DNA from: Felis catus
Lineage: Eukaryota
DNA length: 64,000 bases
Direction of reading: 5' to 3'
Assembly: GCF_018350175.1 (NCBI RefSeq)
Contig: NC_058368.1
Span: 202,060,001-202,124,000 of the forward strand
The notes beneath the pieces were generated by a model that saw only the letters and a program-made list of their open reading frames with translations, was not told the DNA's origin and made no database searches. Position numbers and translations under genes: made by a program. Shown in pieces: positions 52,366 through 64,000 of the stretch (position 1 is its first letter; each line of letters begins with the position of its first letter).

Positions 52366-52852
52366 AGTCAGGGAGAAAGATTTTCCCCTCTTCTTCAAAG
52401 TCCTTCTAGTTGGACTTAGAATCAAATCGATGTTAGACAGATTAACAAAAGAAGATCAAATTTAACAACGTATACACAGGGCATCCACACAGAAGTGAAA
52501 TTCCAAAAAAAGTGAGGCAACATGAAGCTTATATGAGCTAAGGAGAGGAGTAAGGTCCGAGGATATAAAGGGGAGGAAGGCCATTAGCAAGAAGGTGAAA
52601 GAAAATGTTTTGAAACAAGCAAACAAACACACAAAGATTGCCCTATTATGCAGATAAATCTCGTAGGTAAAGGGGAGTCTTTGTTAACAGCTCTCTTCCT
52701 GGTACAGGCTCTTCCTTCCAGTGTCAATTTAGGCAATTGAGGACCTGGAAGAGAGCTTTTCTTGCATTTGCTGAATTTTGATTAGTATTAACTCAAAATA
52801 ATGTTCAGGCCAAAGTGGCCTATCTTGGCGTAGCCTGCCCTTGATCCCTACA
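52366..52852 (-). mobile_element. 5' LTR of the provirus, ~487 bp
   Basis: Homologous to 45580-45697, bounded by the TSD, and adjacent to a PBS-like 18-mer. Confidence 0.8.
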
Positions 52853-52921
52853 CTCTTTACAGAAAAAGGTGACGCCTGCTCTACAAAAGTATAAATTTAA
52901 TTGTTATAAAATATGCACCAA

Positions 52922-53036
52922 GGGGTGCCTGGCTGGCTCAGTCAGAAGAGCATGAGACCCTTGATCTTGGGATTGTGAGTTAGAGCCTCATATTGGGTGT
53001 TGAGATTACAAAAAATAAATAAATAAACTTAAAAAA
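52922..53036 (+). mobile_element. Short old-type SINEC without a CT tract
   Basis: Flanking repeat AAAATATGCA(C/T)CAAGG. Confidence 0.88.
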
Positions 53037-53535
53037 TATGCATCAAGGTAAAAATACTCATAGGACTTAAGTCAACTGCATTGTATAATCTCTTTCATTA
53101 ACAGTAAGAAGGAACCCATTCAATGGATATTTTATTGATCGGTGAAGTCAGTTTTTTTTTTAACATTTCCTGCATGGAATATTGAAGTCTGTGGATATTA
53201 TTTTTTAAAAAGTTCTGCAGTGAAATACTTTTTGAGACATGTTGCATACCCTCTTCCTGTCCTGGAAAGTCCTCATATTCATATTAAAGCCCTAAGTAGC
53301 CAGACTTCCTATTTTCATTGCGTATGGAAAATAAAACATGTATGTATGACTTGTGACTTTTTTTTCAAGCACATAGTAGTTGAAAAAGGAAAAGAATTAT
53401 AGCCTCTAACCTCACTGCATAGATACAAATAAAATTAAAAACAATTTAAAACAATAGTAAAAACTGCACATATGTAAGAATAGAAAACTCAGCAGTATGG
53501 AAAGTTACAGGACTAAAAATAAAAACCTCCTCAAA

Positions 53536-53764
53536 GCACCTGGGTGGCTAAGTCAGTTAAGCATCTGACTCTAGATTTCAGCTTGGATCATGATCTCACA
53601 GTTCCTGGGTTCGAGTCTCCCATTGGGCTCTGTGCTGATGGCCTGGAGCCTGCTTGGAATTCTCTCTCTCTCCCTATCTGCCCCTTCCCGAACTCATGCT
53701 TCCTCTCTCTCTCTCTCAAAGTAAATAAATTGATTTTAAAAATTGTGTAAAAACATAAAAATAA
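53536..53764 (+). mobile_element. SINEC
   Basis: Flanking repeat ATAAAAACCTCCT. Confidence 0.88.
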
Positions 53765-56714
53765 ATAAAAACCTCCTTCGTCCATTTTGTTTCATTCCAC
53801 TTCTCAAAGATAATGACTGATTTTTTTTCCCCAAAATTTTCCAGTTTCTCAAAAAGAAGAATAAAAGAACATTCAGGTATGTCTATTTGCATATTCTTTT
53901 TGTTGTTGCTTTCCAGGAAAGAAATCACATGATATATAGTGTTTTGCATCTTGAATTTTACACTGAACATGTACTTTAAAGAGTGTGAACGACTGGTATT
54001 CACTTTTCTTTTCTACGGTAGCCATTTTTCTTGGTAGGTATCCTGAAACTTATTTAACCAGTCCCCTGCAGATGAGATAGTTGCCTTTGTATTTGCTGTT
54101 TTGTTGTTGCTGTTAATTTATTTTTGCACTCACAAAAATGCTGAAATGAAATCTTTGTACCTATATTTTGATACAATTTCTATACCTATCTATCTATAAG
54201 TAAAATTCTGGCCATGGGATTTCTAGGTTAAAAATTTAAAATATAATTAAAATGTCTTCTGTAAAAGTTAAATTGTTATATATACTCAACAATGAATGGA
54301 GTGTTCTTTCTCTATAGTCCTATTAGCAATAAAAGTCCGTTTATTTGAAAACTACTTTTAAATGTCTCATATTTAAAGGTAGATATTGAGGAAATATTGT
54401 ACTCTGTTACAGTTGCTCTTCCGTTTATGAAATGAAGCACACAGATAATGAAGTGAAAAACTAAAACTAAGAAATAAGCATATATTTATATTTTATTATT
54501 TGTAAAGCTATTATTTATCCTTTATAGGATATTTGTGAGGTCAAAATTTATAAAAATGTATCATGGGGTTTAAGAAACTGAACTGAGTTGCATTAAAGAA
54601 AGACTTAAGCTGATTACCAAACAAAGTTACCATTGTGTGATTACTAAACTCATCAGAAATAACTCCAAAGAATTCCCTTGCTAAAATTAGATGGAAAGGA
54701 TATCAGAGAAAAGATACTGGTATCCTGTAGATGTTATTTTGACAGTTGCTTACATTTGTTTGCTGGATTCAAATGGCTAGGGATTTGAAACATATCCAAA
54801 TGACCTCCATCTGCTTTGCTGTTTGTCCTTATTGTTAGGTAATAATCTTGCTGGGTATTTTAGATTTCTCTCAGGGATATCACGTTTACATTAAGCACGA
54901 GCTAACAATGTGATGTTACCGCAAAGAAAAGAATCAGGTGTCCAGTTAAGATTACAGTTGTTTTCACAAAGAACCTCTCTCTGGTTAGCTCTTCTGTAGT
55001 CTTAGGTTTGAGAGACTATTAGTCCCTTCCAAAGTTAAGGCTTTGGGGATTCAGGGCCAACTAAATGCATTTATATGTGTATGAGGCTGCATATAGACAC
55101 ACAATAAGAATTTACATCAAAAGGAGACTGTTTTAAAAGCTCCTTGTAGCCTTTGAAAAGTTGGCTTCTTGTCTGATTCAGAAACTTGACGTATCTCTTA
55201 AAGGAACCAGATACCTTCTTACTGTTCCTTCCCTTTCTGGGATTCTGTGATTTTTGTGGTATAAGTGGTTTGACTGGCAATAGCTGCTTTTATTTCCCTA
55301 AAGGAACTCCTGATATTTCACAGAGCCAGAGTTAGGGATTAGCTGAAAATGCTGGAAAATTCCGGATTCCCCACTGTCAAAAGAGTAATTGCAAAAGGCT
55401 TCTTTTTTTCAATTTCACTCGAAAAGGATGAGTGTTGGTTAGGGTGGTTTTCTAGGATTCAGGGAAAAGGCTATGTTCATTCCTAAACTTCTGCCCTGCT
55501 CTCCTTCCCCCAGCAGGTGTACTTTCTTTTCTCCTGCTCCTTATTTGAAGGATATTCACATTTACAAGCTCAGCTACATTGTCCTCCTGGAAGTGTTCCC
55601 TAAAAGGTCAGAATTCTTTGCCAGATTCTCCTCTGAATTTCTTTGTAAGCGTCCTTTTCTTTTTAAATAACTTCATTTCAATCGATGAGATAGGCACAGC
55701 ATATAGACAGCTGCCTGTTTTGTAGATGTCATAGTGAGGCTTCTCAGTTAAATACTTTATGCAAAATTGGCCACGGGTATAAGATAGAGCTGAAACTAAA
55801 GCTGTATTTCTCACTTCAGTGTTGTTTTGCCTCAATGTGCTGCCTGTTTCATTATAAAAGGGTTTATTCTGCAATTGTTTATTGTGTGCAGACTATGTGC
55901 CTGATAATCTACTTGGTATTGAAGAAGGATATAAACAATGGAAAAATATCTTGATCTTCTAATGTACTTATAACCTAGTTGGATAGAAAGAGACATATAA
56001 AATAATTGAAGAATAATATAAACTAAAAGAATATTGCTGGGTGGGGGAGACAATGTGCTTCAAAAAGGTCAAAGGTCAATTGTGAGGTAAGATCCAAAAG
56101 ATGGGTAGGGTGTGAATTTTTAGAGTGAATGGCAAGAAGAAGAAATTTGAGATAAGAGGTGTTTTTTGAAGAATATCTTACCTAGAGTTGTGGGCAATGT
56201 TAGGCAATATGGTAAAACTGTTTGAGATAGGGATCTAGAACTGATTGCAGGGGACCTTTGTCCATTTGCTCCTTGATGCTCTTTCCTCCTTTCTGCTGCC
56301 CAAAGTACTCTTTCCCATTTTCACCTATGGGGTTTGGGTAGTATTATTAACTTCACCCAAATTCTTTAAGCTAAATTTGTACCACCTCAATGATTAGTAC
56401 AGTGTTGGGCAAATTAGAGTCAGTGAGATGTGAAAAGATGTTTAGTGGGACTCTGGGGAATGGGAAATACCTCTTTCTTTCATAGGAAATGAGGCTGCAA
56501 ACTTTGATAATCATTTTCCTAACACAAAGGAAGAAACTGGATATTCCAGAGATAACTAGGTCAAGTCTGAGGATCAAGACAGCACCTCAAAAGACAGGCA
56601 GAAGCAAAGAAATATGTTAGACTTGAGCTTGATCAAGCCTTGCTTGAAGATATCATTGCTCCTTTTTACAAAATAGTAGATCTCCTTTTTGCTTAAATCA
56701 CTCTGAGTGTTCTC

Positions 56715-56717
<3 letters not shown>

Positions 56718-56746
<29 letters not shown>
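56718..56746. repeat. (CA)n microsatellite
   Basis: Direct reading. Confidence 0.95.
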
Positions 56747-56747
<1 letters not shown>

Positions 56748-57505
56748 CTGAAAATCAAATGTGTGGCAGTTTTAATTAAAGTCATAAATGGGATCTGTTT
56801 ATAAAGGATCCCCAAACTGAACTTTGTAGAATATCTACTTTTAGGAGGCCAAAGATATGTGTATGATGAGCAATTAAAGGAGTTAGGGTGGTGGGAGGAA
56901 AAAAAAAACATAGTTCAATATAATAAAAGTGAAGATGGGGACAAAAATCCTACAAGAGTTAGATATCAATGCCATGTCTGCAGTGTTTGAGCTCTGCATC
57001 ACTCAGGATGAGAAGCTTCTGGAGGCTGCAGATGTGAGATCTACTGTCATCCCACTCAAATGAGAGAACTCCCCTGACCATTGATTAGTGCCTGCTGTGT
57101 TCTAAGACTTTTCTCTGCATACTGTGGTTCATGGACCAGCACAGGTCATCTCAGACATATAGAGCCTTGGTTCCTGTTCTCTACCTTCAGATTCAGAATT
57201 TCCATCTTAATGAGTTGCCCAGGTGAATGAATGTGGAGCCTAAATTTGTTCTTTTTTAAAACCTATATCAGAGAGTGATAGAATCCCCCCCAAACAATGA
57301 TCTTTTACTACCTAATTGTCCCTGTAATGTTTTCTTCTCTCTTCTTTCTAAACCAGTCTATCTATCCAATACTGATTTTCCCATTTTGAAAACCATACCC
57401 CCCTCTACCTCTTTATTATAACTAACCCCCCCACTCTTTCCTCCAAATCAATCATTTATTCCTGTACGCTATATTGAATCTAAATGGAATGGTAAATTTA
57501 ACTTG

Positions 57506-57570
57506 TTCACGTATTCATTCATTCACGTATTCAGACATGCATGTATTCAGACATGCATGTATTCATTCAT
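57506..57570. repeat. 16-bp-period tandem array, four units
   Basis: GTATTCA recurs at 57511, 57527, 57543 and 57559. Confidence 0.85.
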
Positions 57571-59176
57571 CCCTCTATGCCTGAGGAAGAATCAACATAG
57601 AGTACAGCTCAATAATGGTGAGTGAGAATGTCGATAACAGCCACGTGTGCTATGTCTTCCTTTGGTAACTACATTCTGAAGTCACCATCCTCTTTCTCTT
57701 CCTCTATCTCTCCTCTTCCATGTTCTCATTGAAGAATATAGAAATGAAGGGGGGACACAGAAGCATCAGTGGAGGAAGGAGAAAAGGAAAGAGAGAAGAT
57801 AGAGTCATTGTCTATTAAGGCCATGTATTTATGGAATTGGTGCTGTTGCAGTCAACGAGATGAGATATCTGGAGGATAAACTTACAGAATGACAGAATGC
57901 TACCTAGATTTTCTTCCAGAGACATTTTCTTCTCATGTATCCTGAGTTCTAAAGTGGCCACTTTGGATTCTGTCCTTTTGGTGATTTTCTCCGTCAGTCT
58001 GTGGGAAATTCAAGTATCACCCACGCGTGATGAGCTTGAAATGATTCACACTTCTGTGGGGTGTTAGTTTGAAAGACCCGGGGAGTGTCATAGAGCACAG
58101 ACTCCCAGACAACTGTGAGCATCCTATGATCACTTAGCAATTTCTTGAAAAAAAAAATGAGAAAAAAAGTCAATAGAATGAGTTGTTTAAAAAATTAGTC
58201 TTTCTTATATTTTGCAGTTGCAGTATCTTTTATTTTATAAAATAATATTTAGAAAAGGTAGTTGCTTTAAATGAATCGTCCTTGGCAAAATAAAAAGTTG
58301 GAAACCGTAAGTATGATTACCTACATGGAAATTTGAAAATTTTTATGGTGTCTGCAGGATGCAGGGAATCCTTTCCTTGGTTCCTTGTCTAGAGAACTGT
58401 TTTCTTCCTGTCAAGGCCCTGTGTAGCCTAAGAGCCTTCCTATAGCAAGGGTGTAAATCAATTAGCAAACACTGGAGACAATGACAAGACAGAGCCCAGG
58501 AGAAGGAAGGTATTCGTGAGGCGATCAACAGTAGGTATTTCAGATGACAAGAAAATCTCCCCAATTGTATATTTTGTAGACCTAAGTAGTAATTGTAAGA
58601 CGTAAGGATAACTAAGTTATAAAAATACCGTTGTTAGGATAGTATGTTATATAGTTGTAAAAAAAGCCTGTTTTCCAAAAGGCCACCAAGGTTATAACAG
58701 GATTAGCAAATATACACCTCTGGGACAAGGAAGAAAAAGTTTCTACAGTCTCTTCCCTACAACTTCCCAAGTATACGTGTGTGTATACACGCATGTGTAT
58801 TTTAATTCCTTGGGAAGGATGAATTAAAAGTTAACATACATTTAAGATGACTCCGGAGGAAATTTAGGATGTTAAAATGCCTTGAAGTTATCATTATGGA
58901 TATTTATTATTATGGCAGTTACCTTGCCTAGCTGTAAAACATCATCTTTTACAACTCTGCATTTGGACAGGTGATTTGTTGCAACAGATTCCCAGAACAT
59001 TAGACTTGGAAAGGACTTGGAGGACTTACAGTTACTGTCCTCATTTAAGAATAAGAAAATTGAAAAAAAAAAATGAATAAGAAAGCTGACAGAAAATTGA
59101 AGAGATTTTCCTTGGTCACAGATCTAGAAAGTGGCAAACCTAGGTCCTGAATTTAGGTCTTCTGATTGTAATATAA

Positions 59177-60078
59177 TTTTTTTTTTTAAGTTTATTTATT
59201 TATTTTCAGAGAGAGAGCACGTGAGAGGGGGAGAGGAGCAGAGGGAGAGCGAGAGAATTCCAAGCAGGCTTCGTGCTGCCAGTGCACAGCCCTATGTGGG
59301 GTTCCAACTCGTGACCCGTGATATCATGCCCTGAGCTGGAACCAAGAGTCAGACGCTCAACCTGCAGAGCCACCCAGGTGCCCCATAATTTTTTGATTGT
59401 ACTACACCAATTATAATATTTTTTATTTTTTTAAATTTTTTAATGTTTCTTATTTATTTTTGAGATAGAGAGAGACAGAGAATGAGTGAGGGAGTGGCAG
59501 GGAGGAAGGGAGACACAGAATCCGAAGCAGGCTCCAGGCTCCGAGCTGTCAGCACAGAGACCGACGCGGGGCTCGAACTCACAAACCAAGAGATCATGAC
59601 CTGAGTTGAAGTCGGACACTTAACCGACTGAGCCACCCAGGCACCCCTATAATATTTTTAAAATAGGGTGATTGTTCTCTCCCTCTCTCTCTCTGCCCCC
59701 CCACTCGTGCTCTCTCTCAAAATAAACTTTAAAAGAATTTTTAAAAATAGTTTTAAAATGACAAAAGAACATTTCAGTCAAAATTATTAATAATGAATAA
59801 AAAATTATTAATGGCAAATGCCCTAGAAATTAAATTACCAGTGAATTTGGATTCTGCTAAATTTGTCAACTAAATTATCACATTAACATGTGGTCTTCCT
59901 TTAAGTATATAATAAAGAATTTACCATTCATTCATTCCATAAATATTTATTAAGGGTTTATTAATTGCCAGGAAGACAGATAAAATTAAGGCTCTTGTAG
60001 AATAAAATAAATCCCAATCCAAATCAACACTTATTTTAAATATTATCTTCTTAAAAAATTTTTTAAATGTTTGTTTAT

Positions 60079-60121
<43 letters not shown>

Positions 60122-60287
60122 CATGAGCAGGGTAGGGGCAGAGAGTGAGAGAGGCACAGAACCAGAAGCTAGCTCCAGGCTCCGCACTGTCAGCACAGAG
60201 CCCCATTCGGGGCTTGAACTCATGAACTGTGAGATCATGACCTGAGATGAAGTCAGAGGCTTAACCGACTGAGCCACCCAGGCACCC
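59177..60287 (-). mobile_element. SINEC cluster (- 59177-59384; - 59420-59647; truncated + ~59670-59740; - 60050-60287)
   Basis: Typical SINEC bodies and tails. Confidence 0.9.
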
Positions 60288-60329
60288 ATTAAATATTATT
60301 TTCAAGTTAAGCTGTTAATTTTGTCTTCA

Positions 60330-60760
60330 TTTGTTCAATAATTAATTCTCCTCATAAACATTTTCTGACAACACACCATTTCAGGTGTTATTCTAGGTAC
60401 TAGGTATACAACACAGAACAAAACAGACTTTTCCGGCTTTCCTATGGCTTCCAGTTCAGTTGGGAGGACAGAATAAAAATGTATTAATTGTGTTATGGAA
60501 TTACATCGGTGATAAGAAGTGTGGTATGGAAGTGTAGGAGATTTTATATGGCATGATCACAGGAGGCATCACTCAAAGAGTTCTATTTGAGCAAGAACTT
60601 GAAGGAGTTGAAGAGCAGTATAGAGATCTTTTGAGGCATAGAAAACAGTACAAGGTTCTGAGGTGGAAGTATATTTGGAATATTCAAGAACAGCCAATAA
60701 ACCAGTGTGGCTATGTGATAGTGAGCAAGAAGGAGCAGACAGACATGAGAGCCAACAGGT
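60330..60760 (-). mobile_element. L2 3' remnant
   Basis: aggtgttattctaggtactaggtatacaacacagaacaaaacagac resembles L2. Confidence 0.65.
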
Positions 60761-60769
60761 CACAGAACA

Positions 60770-61615
60770 AAATTAATAAAAATCACTGATAAAGAGAAAA
60801 ATCTTAGAAGTTCTTCGCTTCTCTGGGGTATATTGGAGAAAAAATTACATAGGAAAAAATAAAAATAAAAATGCTGGCAGATTTCTCACAGGAAATAACA
60901 CAATGAGAATATTAAATATTTCGGGAAGAAAAAAAACACAGGAAATAGAAAAGGAGATGTTTCTCAACTCATTTAATGAGGCCAGCATTACCCTAATACC
61001 CAAACTAGACAAAATATATCACAGAAAAAAAAACCCTATAGACCAATATCTGTCACGAATATACAGACAAAAATTCTTAACAAAATTTTAACAAATTTAA
61101 CTATATGTTAAAAAAATAACAAACACATCATGACCAAATACAATTCACCTCAAGAATGCAAGGTTTGTTTTAACACTCAAAAATCCATCAATATAACTTA
61201 CCTTAGTAACAATTAAAAACTGGATTAATATCTCAATAGATGTAGGAAAAAGAATTAGAAAAAACCCAATAACTATTCCTAATTCAAATACTCTTTAAAC
61301 TAAGAGGGTACCATTAAAACCTACAACTAACATCATACATAATAGTGAGAAACCGAATACTTTCCCTCTAAGATCAGCATCAAGGATTTCTACTCTCAAC
61401 GCTCCTATTCAACATCAGTGTAATCAAAGAAATAAAAGGTGATCAGATTGAAAAGAAAAAAAGTAAAACTGTATTTGTGGACATGACAGTCAATATAGAA
61501 AATTGTATGCAAATGGCAAAAGCAAACAAATAAAAATTAATTTAACAAGTTTAGCAAGTTTGCAGGATAGAAGATTAACATATAAGAATTAATTGCTTGC
61601 ATACCATCAAAGACT
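60770..61615 (+). mobile_element. Old L1 ORF2 remnant
   Basis: ORF 60903-61091 contains NSFNEASITLIPKLDK (L1 ORF2 NSFYEASITLIPK). Confidence 0.85.
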
Positions 61616-61619
61616 ACCA

Positions 61620-62145
61620 GTAACACACTTGGAATTGAACACACTGGAAGAACATACACTGTACAAGGCATGAGTTTTAGGCGATTTGGGAAGGATCCAA
61701 GTAAGCAGGGATTCTAAATAAGGTGCTGCAAGAAAGTGGGGACAATACAATTGTGCATCTTGATTAACCTTACCTAAAAGGAGGGCGGAACAGAGCTAGG
61801 GTAAAGTCATACTTGGTAAAGAAGGAGCAGATAAAGTATATTACTGTAGAGTTCCGAACTATAAAGAAGTGATATACTTAATATAGTCATATTGGCCCAG
61901 GGAGGAAGCTATTGGACATTCTGTTGTTTGCCCACTGACCTTGTTTTCTTCTCTGCTTAGACAAAATTATCAAGAGGTCTTGATTTGTCACACACCTTCT
62001 TGGTTGCAGAGTGACCTTGTTGTTCTGGGAGATTCTTTATGTCCAACAAGATAACATGGGCACCAGGATAGCTTCTAAAAGCGCCATGGCCTGTTTGTGT
62101 CAGGTTGGCTCTCAGATGTCAGGGATTCCCTTTTCCTTTCTAACA
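61620..62145. mobile_element. Probable old ERVL-type LTR
   Basis: Composition shift out of L1 and a terminal ccttttcctttctaaca. Family uncertain. Confidence 0.45.
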
Positions 62146-62424
62146 TATCTCTTCTAAGAAGGTCAAGTTTCTGAGAGATGAAGCAAGAGTGGAGGAAGGA
62201 GCTGAGAAAATCCGTCAGGCTCTCACAGGCTCCTGCCCCTGAAATTTTAGCTGCTTTGTATGTTGAACGTCTTTATAAAATTCCTTCTATTACTTAAACA
62301 ATCTTGAAAGCCACTCTGTGCGTGCGTGTGCGCTTTATTAATATATCATGAACTGAGGCAGAGATATGCAATGTGTGGGTTGAACTGCTTTTGGATATGA
62401 TCTTGCAAAGAGTAGATGAATTCA

Positions 62425-62588
62425 GGAGCACTTGGGGGCTCAGTCAGTTAAGCTCCGACTTCGGCTCAGGTCATAATCTCATGGTTTGTCAGTTTGAGCC
62501 CCATGTTGGGTTCTGTGCTGGCAGCGCAGAGCCTGGAGCTGCTTTGGATTCGGTCTCCTCTCTCTCTGCCCCTCCCCCACTCATGCTC

Positions 62589-62623
<35 letters not shown>

Positions 62624-62675
62624 TTCTCTTTCTGAATCTCTCTCTCTCTCTGAAAAATAAACATTAAGAAAAAAA
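62425..62675 (+). mobile_element. SINEC
   Basis: Imperfect TSD AGAGTAGATGAATTCAG / AGAATAGATGAATCCAG. Confidence 0.9.
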
Positions 62676-64000
62676 GAATAGATGAATCCAGAAATTACAT
62701 CAGCAGAAACTCAGCCCTATCAGTATTCTTTCCACTACATTGTGCTATATATTTTTTTTAATTAGTAGGAATTTGTTTAGTAAATCCCAGATAATACCAC
62801 TTCAATGTGCCATATCACCTCATAGGTTTCCCATATTAATGAGCCAGATCATGAGCCAGCATGGAACACATCTGACATAAATTATGTCGGAAAAGTATGT
62901 CTTACTTTCATTAAGACATAGAAACTAAGTAAGTGGAAGAAAAGAATGGAATTCATACCTCCATTTTAAATTTAATTTTTATTAATAAAGCCTTCCTTGA
63001 ATATTCCTCTGGAAATCATATTTTCATTTGTTTGTCTACATCTCATCTCTACAAATGGTATTTTCCAGTGTAAGAATTGACACAACTCTCATTCCTTCTT
63101 GTACTAAGTCAGTGGTTCACACGAATGAGGACTCAATGAATAGTTGCCTGTTGCTAACATTTGGAGTCACAACATAGATCTCTGTCATACCTCATTTTGC
63201 TGTAGAATTCGAATAGATTTAATGTTAGTTTTAAATGCCTAAAAGAATATTCATCTTGGGCAGTGGCCTTCAGTTTTTGATGTGTAAGAATATCTCACTT
63301 ATTTTAGTAAAGAAAAGTTTCAATGAAGATATTCGTTTCAGTACAACTTTAAGTAAAATTGGAAACAGTGAGGACTTTAACAAAAAGTGAATGATTAAGT
63401 AAATCAGCATATACTCAAAGCATCCATGAAAAATGAAGATGCTAATGATTACGTGAAAAAAAAATCTTAAATAGGTAGTGATAAGTATAAAGACCGAAAT
63501 ATTAATATGCAAGTCATTCTGATTACAACTCTGGTAAGCTGAACATAGCATATAGAAACTGGTGGAAACTGGTTAAACTCCTGAATGGGAATATAGTTTG
63601 TATTTGCATGGCGGGGCAATATATCTTCATTTTACTTAATGTTTTAAAAATAATCAATTTGGTAAGGTTGTTACATTATTTTACAATAAAAGTTATAAGG
63701 ATATTTATAACTTAACTCAGTTCAAAATTTTATCATATGATAGTTTTTAAATAAAATTTAAATAATATTGAAATTTAAATCTTTCTGAAAACTTCTGTTT
63801 AAAATATCGACCCACGTTTCAAGAGCACAAAAATATAAAATTATATACAGATTTATTAAGAAAAGTAGAACCTGAAATTCCTATCAGAAAGAAAAAAACA
63901 CTGATGATTTTTGCTTCACAGGGAAGCAGTGAGTTTTATAAACTGAATTTAAATTTTAATTCCAATTTGTGACAATTGTGTAACTTCACAGATAGCCAGC

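Larger units (their letters stand above)
45580..52852 (-). mobile_element. Non-autonomous ERV1 (MER4-group-like) provirus, ~7.3 kb including later insertions
   Basis: TG at 45580, CA at 52852, TSD CTCT at 45576-45579 and 52853-52856. 45580-45697 is a diverged direct repeat of 52366-~52485. The internal region is AT-rich with no retroviral ORF in the ORF track. Confidence 0.85.

Noticed and set aside
54300..58600. Relatively repeat-poor stretch that might hide exons or conserved elements
   Set aside because: No recognisable peptide or consistent splice-site pair was found; conservation data would be needed.
3254..62660. Many 60-120 aa ORFs with motifs such as MAQSVKRPTSAQVMIS, EREREREGDTESE and LSLSLSLS
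   Set aside because: They are translations of SINEC bodies and (CT)n/(GA)n tracts, not genes. The recurring SINEs are dispersed repeats, not a CRISPR-like array.
5876..62675. tRNA-like A/B-box sequences at SINE heads
   Set aside because: They continue into SINE bodies and tails with TSDs, so they are not tRNA genes.

Overview
Mammalian genomic DNA, most likely a felid, because it is dense in tRNA-derived carnivore SINEs of the cat SINEC_Fc type. The first ~20 kb holds seven coding exons of embigin (EMB) on the + strand. By recalled human structure these are exons 3-9; exons 1-2 lie upstream of the window. All have GT-AG boundaries and together encode two Ig domains, a Glu-containing TM helix and the cytoplasmic tail. 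As written, exon 5 has one extra A in an A7 run, which shifts the frame to a stop at 12839-12841; this is either a homopolymer error or a null allele. The remaining ~44 kb has no intact gene and is mostly repeats. It includes a decayed 3' retrocopy of SLC46A3 that sits inside a MER21-like LTR and is split by a 302-bp solo LTR. It also includes a ~7.3-kb non-coding ERV1-type provirus (CTCT TSD) that splits a MER58A-like DNA transposon. I found no convincing new multi-gene system. Repeat family names come from recalled consensus sequences and need Dfam/RepeatMasker confirmation; boundaries without a stated TSD are approximate.
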